Assembly: GCA_900552475.1 (NCBI GenBank) | Contig: USAC01000001.1 | Location: 8,444-72,443 of the forward strand | Reading direction: 5' to 3' | DNA from: an uncultured Eubacteriales bacterium | GTDB taxonomy: Bacteria; Bacillota; Clostridia; Oscillospirales; Oscillospiraceae | Length of the DNA: 64,000 bases | Part shown: one piece after another, positions 9,440 to 18,343 of the stretch | How positions within the stretch are numbered: position 1 is the stretch's first letter | How the letters are laid out: each line of letters begins with the position of its first letter | Made by a program: the position numbers and the translations under genes | The notes under the pieces: model-generated | What the model was told of the DNA's origin: nothing | Seen by the model: the letters and a program-made list of their open reading frames with translations, nothing else | Databases searched by the model: none

Positions 9440-11059
9440 ATGAAATTTTGGAAAAAGCAGATTTTCTCCCTGCTCGCAGCGCTCGCGGTGCTCCTGACCC
9501 TCGTGCCGCAGCGGGCTGAGGCCGCAAGCTGCGGCCTCAGCGGTGCAGGCAGCGTGCGCGCGGGCAATACCGTCACTGTGACGTTCAGCATCAGCGGCGG
9601 CGATATTCTCGGCTTCGAGGCCGACCTCTCCTATGACAGCAGCCAGCTCAGTCTGGAGGGATCAAAGTCCCTCCTCGGCAGCAGCTGGACGGTCAAGATG
9701 AACGGCAGCCGCATCGTCGGCTATGACAGCGAGCAGAGCAATCCCATCAACGGCTCAAAGCAGGTGATGGCCTTCACCTTCCGCGTCAAGAGCGGCGCTT
9801 CCGCAGGGAGCAGCCTTTCTGCCGCGGTGAGTGGCGTCTCCGTCTCCTATATCCGCAGCAGCGACGGCAACGCCGTGACCGTTGACGCAGGCTCCGCCCG
9901 CTGGAGCGCGTCAGTCTCCGCCCCGCTGTCCGCCAACGCGAACCTCGCGGCCCTTTCCTGCGCCAACGCAGAGCTCTCCCCGACGTTTTCCGCCGGGACG
10001 ACGCAGTACAGCGTGACCGTACCCTATGATGTGACGAGTCTGCGCCTGTCCGCTTCGGCGGAGGACGGCGGCGCGAAGGTCTCCACCTCCGGCAACGACC
10101 TCTCCGTCGGGGCGAACACCGTGACCATCACCGTCACCGCGCCGAGCGGCGCCGTGAAGCGCTATACCATCTCCGTCATCCGCCAGCCGGACCCGAACTA
10201 CACCGCATCGACCGACGCGGCGCTCTCCGCGCTCACCGCGAGCTATGGGGAGATCAGCCCGGCCTTCACCTCGGACGTGACGGACTATGTCCTCTACGTC
10301 CCCCATGAGACCGAGCACATCACCCTCAGCGGCACCGCCCGCGACGGGAAGGCCGTGCAGGTCACCGGCGCGGACGCCGCGCTCGACGAGGGCGAAAATG
10401 TCCTCACCGTCACCTGCACCGCCGAGGACGGCGTGACCGTCATGACCTACACGGTGCATGTCTGGCGCATGCCCGCCTACGCCGGGACGCTGCCGCAGAT
10501 CATCGTCCCGACGGACACCGTCGAACCCGACCAGCCCGCGCAGGAGGATGCCTCGGCGCTCTCCGCGCTGTGGGCGAGCCTGTGCGCACCGTTTGTGCTG
10601 CCGTTTGGCGGCTGGACGGTGCCGCTCTATGCCGTGGCCGCGGCGGCGATGGTGCTGCTTCTGCTGCTCCTGTTCCTGCTGGGGCACCTGATCGGGCGCA
10701 GGCGCGGCCGCCGCAAGGCCCTGCACCAGCTGGAGCAGACGCCCGATGCCATCGGCGTCATCCCGCCCGCGGACGAGCCGTCTGCGTCCGACGAGACGCA
10801 CCCTGACGAGCCGCAGCCGGAGGACGGGCCGCAGCCCGTCGAAGAGGAGCCGTCCGCGGAGAACGAGCCGGTCCCGCAGCCGGTAGAAGCGGCACCGACG
10901 GAAGCGTCCGCCGCGCAGGAGGAGCCTGCGGCGGAAGAGCCGTCCGTTCAGCCGGAGCAGACGGAGGAGATGCCCGCGGAACCGTCCCCCGATGACACGC
11001 TAGCGGATCTCGGCGACATCTCGCTGGATGATCTGCTGAACGATATTCGGAATATGTGA
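9440..11059 (+). CDS. Membrane-anchored cohesin-domain protein with two cadherin-like beta-sandwich domains, a TM segment and an acidic Pro-rich cytoplasmic tail
   Basis: Signal peptide. Cohesin-like segment VTVTFSISGGDILGFEADLSYDSSQLSL. Repeated ANLAALS...YSVTVPY...RYTISV modules. Long hydrophobic stretch followed by RRRGRRK. Confidence 0.7.
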   Translation: MKFWKKQIFSLLAALAVLLTLVPQRAEAASCGLSGAGSVRAGNTVTVTFSISGGDILGFEADLSYDSSQLSLEGSKSLLGSSWTVKMNGSRIVGYDSEQSNPINGSKQVMAFTFRVKSGASAGSSLSAAVSGVSVSYIRSSDGNAVTVDAGSARWSASVSAPLSANANLAALSCANAELSPTFSAGTTQYSVTVPYDVTSLRLSASAEDGGAKVSTSGNDLSVGANTVTITVTAPSGAVKRYTISVIRQPDPNYTASTDAALSALTASYGEISPAFTSDVTDYVLYVPHETEHITLSGTARDGKAVQVTGADAALDEGENVLTVTCTAEDGVTVMTYTVHVWRMPAYAGTLPQIIVPTDTVEPDQPAQEDASALSALWASLCAPFVLPFGGWTVPLYAVAAAAMVLLLLLLFLLGHLIGRRRGRRKALHQLEQTPDAIGVIPPADEPSASDETHPDEPQPEDGPQPVEEEPSAENEPVPQPVEAAPTEASAAQEEPAAEEPSVQPEQTEEMPAEPSPDDTLADLGDISLDDLLNDIRNM

Positions 11060-11061
11060 GC

Positions 11062-11102
11062 CATGAGCGCCGGAGACAGTGTCTCCGGCGCTCATTTTGT
11101 TT
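11062..11102 (+). terminator. Rho-independent terminator
   Basis: gccatgagcgccggagacagtgtctccggcgctcattttgtttt. Confidence 0.7.
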
Positions 11103-11115
11103 TGGGGGCGGGGAT

Positions 11116-11193
11116 GCCTTCGGCGAGATACTTTTTACCAGCAGCGGCAAAAAGTACCCCGTCGGAGACATGGACCAACCGATTCAACCACCA
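11116..11193 (+). repeat. Intergenic repeat family 2, copy a
   Basis: Hairpin ggtacTTTTTaccagcagcggcAAAAAgtacc followed by ccgtcggagacatggaccaaccgattcaaccacc. Homologous copies at 16693, 19588 and 19835. Confidence 0.65.
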
Positions 11194-11248
11194 CTCCCCC
11201 GCCAAACGCAAAAGCAGACCGGAGAGGGTTTCTCCGGTCTGCCGTATG

Positions 11249-12277
11249 TCACCACTTATTCTCCACCTTCTCCGCAAACCCGAGGAAATCCTTCACCCGC
11301 ACCGCTGTGCCGTCGTCGAGAACCGCCGTCCCCGTGAAGCGGCCGAACACCTGATGCTGGTCGGACTTGATCAGCTTCACATCCGTGCAGGCGGCGCGGT
11401 CGAGAATCGGCACGAAGTCCATCTCAAACCGCCCGTCGTCCGACGTGAACGTCCACGGGCGGAGATAGTCCTCGCGCCCGTCCCGCATGGGGATGTGGAA
11501 CTGCACCTGACTGAGCTTGTGCGCCCGGCCACCGTAGAATAGCATGTTCTCGCTCGCAGTGGAGGTGTTGCCGAAGCCATAGCCGATGTTCCAGCCGAAC
11601 GGGATACCGTCCACCTGCCCGGAGGCGCTGCCCCAGTACCAGGTGTTGTGATACGTCCAGACGCCGCGCCCCCAGTCGAGCACGCCGAAGGAGTCCGCCG
11701 GGTCGAAAACGTACTCCCGCCCACTGACGAGCACCGAGCCGCTCGCGCGCATACAGTTGATTTTTTGGTTATAGTAGAAGTGCCCCGGCTTTTCAAACGG
11801 CGTGCAGATGACCATCGACTCCTCCGGCTCGTCCGTCAGGCGGATGCGCCCGGAGACGGGGAGCCCGTCCAGAAAGTCCTCCATGTGGAACGTCAGCACA
11901 CGCGCGCCCTCCTCGTGGCGGAAGGAGAGGGCGTAGTGCTTCCGGTTGATGACCGTGTCGCCCGCGGCAGACGAGGCGGGCAGCCCTGTGCGCCCCGTGG
12001 GGAAGGCGCGCATGGGACTTTTCGTCTTTTCCCAGCGCTCGTCGAAGTGCAGAAACGAGATGGAGTCGAGCCCCATGTACCCGTTGTCGTCGATCGTCAG
12101 GGCGACAGCGTAGTGGTCGTTCGCGACGAGGTAGTAGTCCCACTCCTTGATGCGCGCGGCCCCGGCGCGGATGGCGGCGCGGTCATAGACCGGCAGGAGC
12201 CGCTTGGCGTAGCCCGCCTCGCGGAGATTGCCCGCCGCGTCGAGCAGCGGCGCGCGGCTGGTGATTTCATGCTGCAT
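11249..12277 (-). CDS. DUF2804 domain protein
   Basis: KEWDYY motif and overall architecture. GGGAGGG RBS. Confidence 0.75.
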   Translation of the reverse strand: MQHEITSRAPLLDAAGNLREAGYAKRLLPVYDRAAIRAGAARIKEWDYYLVANDHYAVALTIDDNGYMGLDSISFLHFDERWEKTKSPMRAFPTGRTGLPASSAAGDTVINRKHYALSFRHEEGARVLTFHMEDFLDGLPVSGRIRLTDEPEESMVICTPFEKPGHFYYNQKINCMRASGSVLVSGREYVFDPADSFGVLDWGRGVWTYHNTWYWGSASGQVDGIPFGWNIGYGFGNTSTASENMLFYGGRAHKLSQVQFHIPMRDGREDYLRPWTFTSDDGRFEMDFVPILDRAACTDVKLIKSDQHQVFGRFTGTAVLDDGTAVRVKDFLGFAEKVENKW

Positions 12278-12345
12278 GGTGCGTCCCTCCCGATGTGATT
12301 TGCCTTTATTTTACCACATACGGCGGCACCGGGCTATCTTTTTGC

Positions 12346-12400
12346 TTGACAAATTCCGAAAATCAGCTATAATCTGAAAATGAATTTCAATTTCAAATTC
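12346..12400 (+). promoter_or_regulatory. zur-znu promoter (TTGACA-16-TATAAT) with overlapping candidate Zur operator GAATTTCAATTTCAAATTC
   Basis: Perfect hexamers. An imperfect AT-rich 19-bp palindrome at 12382..12400 lies between the -10 and the RBS. Confidence 0.55.
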
Positions 12401-12415
12401 GGAGGAGTGACATCC

Positions 12416-12817
12416 ATGACCTATATGACGCGCCAGCAGCAGGCGGTGCTCGCCTGCATCGAGCGCTTCGGCGGCGGCTGCGCGACGGCGGCGGAGCTGA
12501 CGGAGGAGCTGCACCGGGAGGGGCAGTCCATTGGCCTGACCACGGTGTACCGCCAGCTCGAAAAGCTCAGCCGCCAGGGGCTTGTCCACAAGCTCGTGAC
12601 GGATGAGGGCGCCTGCTACCAGTACTGCAGCCACGCGGACAAGAACGCGTGCTTCCTGCTCAAGTGCGAGGGCTGCGGGGCGATTTTCCACATGGACTGC
12701 GGCCATCTCTCGCAGCTCTATGACCACCTGCTCACAGAGCACGGCTTTGCCATCAACCCGCGCCGCACGCTGTTTTACGGCCTTTGCGCCAAGTGCCGGG
12801 AGGCGCAGCAGTCATGA
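12416..12817 (+). CDS. zur: Fur-family transcriptional regulator, probably Zur
   Basis: Fur-like winged helix followed by CxxC...CxxC motifs. Sits immediately upstream of znuACB. Confidence 0.8.
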   Translation: MTYMTRQQQAVLACIERFGGGCATAAELTEELHREGQSIGLTTVYRQLEKLSRQGLVHKLVTDEGACYQYCSHADKNACFLLKCEGCGAIFHMDCGHLSQLYDHLLTEHGFAINPRRTLFYGLCAKCREAQQS

Positions 12818-13782
12818 AACAACGCATCACGGCGCTTTTTCTGGCGCTTTTGCTGCTTGCAGCGCTCTCGCTCAGCGGCTGCTCGCAGCGACCGCAGGAA
12901 AGCGCGGACGGGCGGCTGCGAGTCGTCTGCTCGCTCTTTCCGTACTATGACTTTGTGCGTCAGATCGGTGGCGAGGACGTGGACGTCTCGCTGCTGGTTC
13001 CCGCCGGGCGGGAGACGCACAGCTTCGAGCCGACGCCGCTCGACGTAATCCGTGTGAGTGAGGCGGACGTGTTCGTCTACAACGGCGGCGAGAGCGAGGT
13101 GTGGGTGGAGAACATCCTTGGCGCCGCCGGGGAGAAGATTCCCCACGTTCTGCGCATGATGGACTACGCCGACGCGCTGGAGGAGGAGTTCACCGAGGGG
13201 ATGCAGCAGAGCGGTCACGACCACGACCATGACGAGGACGACAGCGACGAAATCTCCTACGACGAGCACATCTGGACCTCGCCCGTGCAGGCGCAGACGC
13301 TCTGCCGCGCCATCGCCGACACGCTCTGCGCCGCCGATCCGGCGCACGCGGCGGACTATCAGGCGAGGCTCACGCAGTACCTCGCGCAGCTGCAGGCGCT
13401 TGACGCATCCTTCCGCGAGGTTGCCGCGAACGGGCAGAGGAATCTGCTCGTTTTCGGCGACCGGTTCCCACTGCTCTACTTCTGCCGCACCTACGGGCTG
13501 AACTACCGCGCGGCGTTCCACGGCTGCGCCGGGGACACGGAGCCGTCGCTCGCAACGCTCAAATATCTCATCGACCGCGTAGAGAACGAACAGATCCCCG
13601 TCGTCTATACGATCGAGCTGAGCAGTCAGAAAATCGCGGATGCCATCGCCGAGACGACGGGCGCGCAGGTGCGCACCTTCTACTCGTGCCAGACGGTCAG
13701 CCGCGCGGACTTCGACCGCGGCGAGACGTACCTGAGCCTGATGCAGAAAAACGTGGAAGCCTTGAAGGAGGGACTATCCTGA
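12814..13782 (+). CDS. znuA: Zinc ABC transporter substrate-binding lipoprotein
   Basis: Lipobox LSGC. His/Asp-rich loop HDHDHDEDDSDE. ZnuA/TroA fold motifs. ATGA overlap with zur. Confidence 0.85.
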   Translation: MKQRITALFLALLLLAALSLSGCSQRPQESADGRLRVVCSLFPYYDFVRQIGGEDVDVSLLVPAGRETHSFEPTPLDVIRVSEADVFVYNGGESEVWVENILGAAGEKIPHVLRMMDYADALEEEFTEGMQQSGHDHDHDEDDSDEISYDEHIWTSPVQAQTLCRAIADTLCAADPAHAADYQARLTQYLAQLQALDASFREVAANGQRNLLVFGDRFPLLYFCRTYGLNYRAAFHGCAGDTEPSLATLKYLIDRVENEQIPVVYTIELSSQKIADAIAETTGAQVRTFYSCQTVSRADFDRGETYLSLMQKNVEALKEGLS

Positions 13783-14495
13783 TGGAACAGAAAACATTAC
13801 TCGCCTGCCGGGACGTCTCGCTGGGCTATGAGGGGCGCGCCGTCTGGGAGCACCTGAATCTGGAGATCCGCAGCGGCGAATACCTCTGCATCGTCGGCGA
13901 AAACGGCTCGGGCAAGTCGACGCTGCTCAAGAGCCTGCTGGGACTGATCAAGCCCCTGCGGGGCAGCATCGAGCTCGACCCGTCCCTGCGCAGCGGCGCC
14001 ATCGGCTATCTGCCGCAGCAGACGCGCGCGCAGAAGGACTTCCCCGCGACGGTGAGCGAGGTCGTGCTCTCGGGCTTTCTGAGCGCGCGCGGCCGCCGCT
14101 TCTTCTATACCCCCGCCGAGAAGTCGCGGGCGCTCATGAATCTCGGTAAGCTCGGGATTCTCGAGTTGAAGGACCGCTGCTACCGCGAGCTCTCCGGCGG
14201 GCAGCAGCAGCGCGTGCTGCTCGCGCGCGCCCTGTGCGCGGCGGGGGAGCTGCTGATCCTCGACGAGCCGGTCACGGGGCTCGACCCGGCCGCCGCGCAG
14301 GACCTGTACCGCACGCTCGCCTACCTCAACAAGACCGAGGGCATCGCCATCGTCATGGTGACCCACGACATCCGCAGCGCCCTGCGCTATGCTACGCGCA
14401 TTCTCCACGCGGGACAGGGCCAGTGGTTCAGCGGGAGCGTGGCGGAATATCTCGCTTCGCCCTACGGCAAGCGATTCGGAGGTGAGACGGCATGA
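13782..14495 (+). CDS. znuC: Zinc ABC transporter ATP-binding protein
   Basis: Walker A GENGSGKST, ABC signature LSGGQQQR, Walker B LLILDEP. Confidence 0.9.
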   Translation: MEQKTLLACRDVSLGYEGRAVWEHLNLEIRSGEYLCIVGENGSGKSTLLKSLLGLIKPLRGSIELDPSLRSGAIGYLPQQTRAQKDFPATVSEVVLSGFLSARGRRFFYTPAEKSRALMNLGKLGILELKDRCYRELSGGQQQRVLLARALCAAGELLILDEPVTGLDPAAAQDLYRTLAYLNKTEGIAIVMVTHDIRSALRYATRILHAGQGQWFSGSVAEYLASPYGKRFGGETA

Positions 14496-15307
14496 GCCTG
14501 CTGCTGGAGATGTTTACCTACCCATTCATCGTCCGCGCCTTCGTCGTGGGCGTCCTTGTCTCGCTGTGCGCGGCGCTGCTGGGTGTGCCGCTGGTGCTCA
14601 AGCGGTATTCGATGATCGGCGACGGGCTGAGCCACGTCTCGTTCGGCGCGCTGGCCATCGCGCTTGCGTGCGGGTGGTCGCCGCTGCCGGTTTCGATCCC
14701 GGTTGTCATTCTGGCCGCGCTGGGGCTGCTGCGCCTGACGGAAAACAGCCGCATCGGCGCAGACGCCGCCATCGCCGTCACCTCGGCCTCGGCGCTCGCA
14801 CTCGGCATCATCGTCACGAGCCTGACCACCGGCATGACCACGGACGTCGACAGCTATATGTTCGGCTCAATCCTCGCGATGGACCGGGCGGATGTTGCGC
14901 TGAGCGTGGGGCTGTCGATTGCGGTGCTGGTACTGTTCGTGATGTTTTACCACCGGCTGTTCGCCATCACGTTCGACGAGAGCTTCTCACGCGCGACGGG
15001 CGTGAAGGTCGGACACTACAACACGGTGCTCTCCGTGCTGACGGCGCTCACGATCGTGCTGGGTATGCGCATGATGGGCGCGATGCTCATCTCGAGCCTG
15101 ATTATCTTCCCCGCGCTCTCTGCGATGCGCGTGCGCAAGAGCTTCCGCGGCGTGGTCATCACGGCGGGGATCCTCTCGGTCGTCTGCTTCTGCGTGGGGC
15201 TGACGGGCTCGTACCTGTTGAGCACCCCTGTCGGCGCGACGGTCGTGCTCGTCGATCTCGCGGCGTTTCTGGCGTGCTGCCTGATCGGGCGGACGTGCCG
15301 GAAATAA
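14492..15307 (+). CDS. znuB: Zinc/manganese ABC transporter permease (ABC-3 family)
   Basis: Polytopic membrane protein overlapping the znuC stop. Confidence 0.85.
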   Translation: MSLLLEMFTYPFIVRAFVVGVLVSLCAALLGVPLVLKRYSMIGDGLSHVSFGALAIALACGWSPLPVSIPVVILAALGLLRLTENSRIGADAAIAVTSASALALGIIVTSLTTGMTTDVDSYMFGSILAMDRADVALSVGLSIAVLVLFVMFYHRLFAITFDESFSRATGVKVGHYNTVLSVLTALTIVLGMRMMGAMLISSLIIFPALSAMRVRKSFRGVVITAGILSVVCFCVGLTGSYLLSTPVGATVVLVDLAAFLACCLIGRTCRK

Positions 15308-15334
15308 CGCGGCCATATCGAAAAGAAACTGCAA

Positions 15335-15376
15335 AGCGGACGGACGGAAAATTTTTCCGTCCGTCCGCTTTTTTTG
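15335..15376 (+). terminator. Rho-independent terminator
   Basis: aagcggacggacggaaaatttttccgtccgtccgcttttttt. Confidence 0.8.
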
Positions 15377-15475
15377 ATTGACAGCGGCTGAAAAACGCGC
15401 TATGCTCGAGCTGTACACAACACGAAAACAAAATATACACAAAATGTGCGCGTGAAAAACACAAGGAGGCCGCCT

Positions 15476-16675
15476 ATGATCTCGATGGAACTGCTCCGGG
15501 ACGCGCGATGCGTCCTCTCCCCCGTCATCAACCTGACGCCGATGATCCCGGCGAAGGGCTTCGTGCCGGACTGCCGCTTCTACCTCAAGGCCGACTGCCT
15601 GCAGAAGACGGGCGCGTTCAAGCTGCGCGGGGCGTACTACAAGCTCTCCACGCTCACCGACGAGGAGAAGGCGCGCGGCGTCATCGCCTGCTCCGCGGGG
15701 AACCACGCGCAGGGCGTCGCCTTCGCCGCGCGCGACATGGGCATCCCCGCGACGATCTGCATCCCCGCGGGCGCGCCGCTGTCGAAGATCGAGGCCACGC
15801 GCAGCTACGGCGCGAACGTCGTGCTCGTGCCGGGTGTATACGACGACGCGCACGCCGAGGCGGTGCGTCTGCGGGACGAGCAGGGGCTGACATTTATCCA
15901 CCCCTTCGACGACGAGCGCGTCATGGCGGGACAGGGGACAATCGGGCTCGAGATCGCCGAGCAGCTGCCGGATGTGGATGTTGTCCTCGTCCCGATCGGC
16001 GGCGGAGGGCTGATCGCGGGTGTCGCGAGCGCCCTGCGGCAGCTGAAACCCGCCTGCCGCATCATCGGCGTGCAGGCCGCCGGGGCGGCGAGCATGGCCG
16101 ACTCCCTCCGCGCGGGGCATATCCTGACGCTTCCGGAGGTGCACACGGTCGCCGACGGCATTCAGGTTAAGACGCCCGGCGAAAAGACGTTCGCCATCTG
16201 CCGCGAAGCCGTTGACGAGGTTGTGACCGTTGGCGAGGCGGAGATCGCCAGCGCGATTCTCACCGTGCTCGAGCGGCAGAAGCTCATGGTCGAGGGCGCG
16301 GGCGCGGTCGGCGTAGCCGTGGCGATGTACGGGGAGCTGGATCTGCGGGGCAAGACCGTCTGCGCGCTGCTCTCCGGCGGCAACCTCGACGTGACAATGC
16401 TCGAGCGGATCATCACGCGCGGTCTTGCGCGTGAGGGGCGCACGGTGGGCTTTTCCACGGTGCTGCCCGACCGGCCGCGTGCCCTCGCGGGGCTGCTGGG
16501 GATCGTGTCGGAGCTGGGGGCGAATGTCCTCGAGGTCAGTCACGAGCGCAGCAGTCTGAAGGCCGACCTCGGCTCGACGGTGGTGCACCTGCTGGTCGAA
16601 ACGCGCAACCGCGCCCATGTTGACGAGCTTTTTGATGCCCTGCACCGGGAGGGGTATCAGCTGATCCAGAGGTAA
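15476..16675 (+). CDS. ilvA: Threonine ammonia-lyase (PLP-dependent, C-terminal ACT-like domain)
   Basis: SAGNHAQG PLP motif, AAGGAGG RBS, C-terminal regulatory domain. Confidence 0.85.
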   Translation: MISMELLRDARCVLSPVINLTPMIPAKGFVPDCRFYLKADCLQKTGAFKLRGAYYKLSTLTDEEKARGVIACSAGNHAQGVAFAARDMGIPATICIPAGAPLSKIEATRSYGANVVLVPGVYDDAHAEAVRLRDEQGLTFIHPFDDERVMAGQGTIGLEIAEQLPDVDVVLVPIGGGGLIAGVASALRQLKPACRIIGVQAAGAASMADSLRAGHILTLPEVHTVADGIQVKTPGEKTFAICREAVDEVVTVGEAEIASAILTVLERQKLMVEGAGAVGVAVAMYGELDLRGKTVCALLSGGNLDVTMLERIITRGLAREGRTVGFSTVLPDRPRALAGLLGIVSELGANVLEVSHERSSLKADLGSTVVHLLVETRNRAHVDELFDALHREGYQLIQR

Positions 16676-16692
16676 GGCGAGTAGCACCACGA

Positions 16693-16734
16693 GCCTTCGG
16701 CGACATACTTTTTGCCAACAGCGGCAAAAGTGTG
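16693..16734 (+). repeat. Repeat family 2, truncated copy b
   Basis: gccttcggcgacatactttttgccaacagcggcaaaagtg matches copy a. Confidence 0.55.
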
Positions 16735-16782
16735 CAAAAAACAGAGCAGCACCGCCGATGCTGCTCTGTTTCACTTATACAC

Positions 16783-17700
16783 TTACGCCCTATGCCGCAG
16801 CTTCTCCAGCATCCGCTCAAACTCCTCCGGCCGCGGGCAGGTCAGCTCTACAGGCTGCCCCGTGCGGGGGTGGATAAAGCGCAGCCCCGTCGCGTGCAGG
16901 CACTGCCCCGTCAGGCCGGGGACGGGCTTTTTATTGCCGTAGACGGTGTCGCCGAGGATCGGGTGCCCGATGTGCGCGAGGTGGACGCGGATCTGGTGCG
17001 TGCGCCCCGTCTCCAGACGGCAGCGCAGGTGCGTCACGCCCGGATAGCGGGCGATGACCTCCCAGTGCGTGACGGCTCGGCGGCTGTTTTTCTGCGTGAC
17101 GGCCATCTTCTTGCGGTCGGTCGGGTGGCGTCCGATGGGCGCGTCGACGGTGCCGCTGTCCTCGCGGAAGTTTCCCACGGCAAGGCACTCATATGTCCGC
17201 GCGAGCGTGTGATCCGCGAGCTGCGCCGAGAGGGCGAGGTGCGCGGTGTCGTTCTTCGCCGCGATGATCAAGCCGCTGGTGTCGCGGTCGATGCGGTGGA
17301 CGATGCCGGGGCGCTTTTCGCCGCCGACGCCGGAGAGACTGTCGCCGCAGTGGTGCAGCAGCGCGTTCACGAGCGTCCCGTCCGGGTGACCGGGGGCGGG
17401 GTGGACGACCATGCCCGTCGGCTTGTTCACAACGATCACGTCCTCATCCTCATACACGACGTCGAGCGGGATGTCCTGCGCGGTGAGCACCGTCTCCTGC
17501 GGCGCGGGGACGCGGACGGCAACCGTCTCGCCGGGGGCGACGCGGGCGCTCTTGGCCGGGCGCGCGCTGCCGACCGTGACCGCCCCCTCCTCGATGAGCC
17601 GCGCGGCCTGTGAGCGCGTCAGCTCCGGCGCGTGGGCCGCGATGAACGCGTCGAGCCGGGTGCCGGCGTCCTCAGTTTTTACCGTCAGCTCCAGCGTCAT
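16783..17700 (-). CDS. rluD: RluA/RluD-family 23S rRNA pseudouridine synthase
   Basis: S4-like N-terminus and HRIDRDTSGL catalytic motif. Confidence 0.9.
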   Translation of the reverse strand: MTLELTVKTEDAGTRLDAFIAAHAPELTRSQAARLIEEGAVTVGSARPAKSARVAPGETVAVRVPAPQETVLTAQDIPLDVVYEDEDVIVVNKPTGMVVHPAPGHPDGTLVNALLHHCGDSLSGVGGEKRPGIVHRIDRDTSGLIIAAKNDTAHLALSAQLADHTLARTYECLAVGNFREDSGTVDAPIGRHPTDRKKMAVTQKNSRRAVTHWEVIARYPGVTHLRCRLETGRTHQIRVHLAHIGHPILGDTVYGNKKPVPGLTGQCLHATGLRFIHPRTGQPVELTCPRPEEFERMLEKLRHRA

Positions 17701-18169
17701 GGCCGTTCTCCTTCTTTTTCGCGTCGTATTTCTCGTAGAGGAAGAGGTAGTACACCGCGCCGAGGATCGCACCGACCACGACGAAGCAGTCGGCGAGGTT
17801 GAAGATCGGGTAGCGGAACAGCTGCAGGTCAAACATGTCGACGACGTAGCCGCGCGCGACGCGGTCGATCATGTTGCCGAGCCCGCCGCCGAGAATCAGC
17901 AGGCACGCCGCGACGCCGAGACGGTGGCGCACGATCTTCTTCACGAGCAGCACGGCGACGGCGGCCATGAGCACGAGCGTCACGGCCGTGAGCAGGGCGG
18001 TCTCGCCCGAAAAGCTCGACCACGCGGCGCCGGTGTTGTGCAGGCGGGTGAGCTGGATTACGCCGGGGATCAGCGGGGCCGACTCCCCAAGCGCCAGATG
18101 TGAAACCGTCCACCACTTGAGCAGCTGGTCGGCGGCGATTAAAACGATCAGAATGATAACAGCGGGCAT
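17672..18169 (-). CDS. lspA: Lipoprotein signal peptidase II
   Basis: Four-TM protein with NxxD and FNLAD motifs. GAAGGAG RBS. Overlaps the rluD start by 29 bp. Confidence 0.9.
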   Translation of the reverse strand: MPAVIILIVLIAADQLLKWWTVSHLALGESAPLIPGVIQLTRLHNTGAAWSSFSGETALLTAVTLVLMAAVAVLLVKKIVRHRLGVAACLLILGGGLGNMIDRVARGYVVDMFDLQLFRYPIFNLADCFVVVGAILGAVYYLFLYEKYDAKKKENGHDAGADGKN

Positions 18170-18343
18170 GGGATGCTTCTCCTTCAGCATAGAGTTCTCT
18201 TGATGCCTATCATATCCCATCGGGCCGGAATTTGCAACGGAAAAGAGCGGATTTTCGCCGAGTGGGAAATACCGGGTGTATTTTCCTTGCAATTTAATGA
18301 ATTATGGAATACAATAAGGCGAATCCTGAACGGAGGAGAAAAA

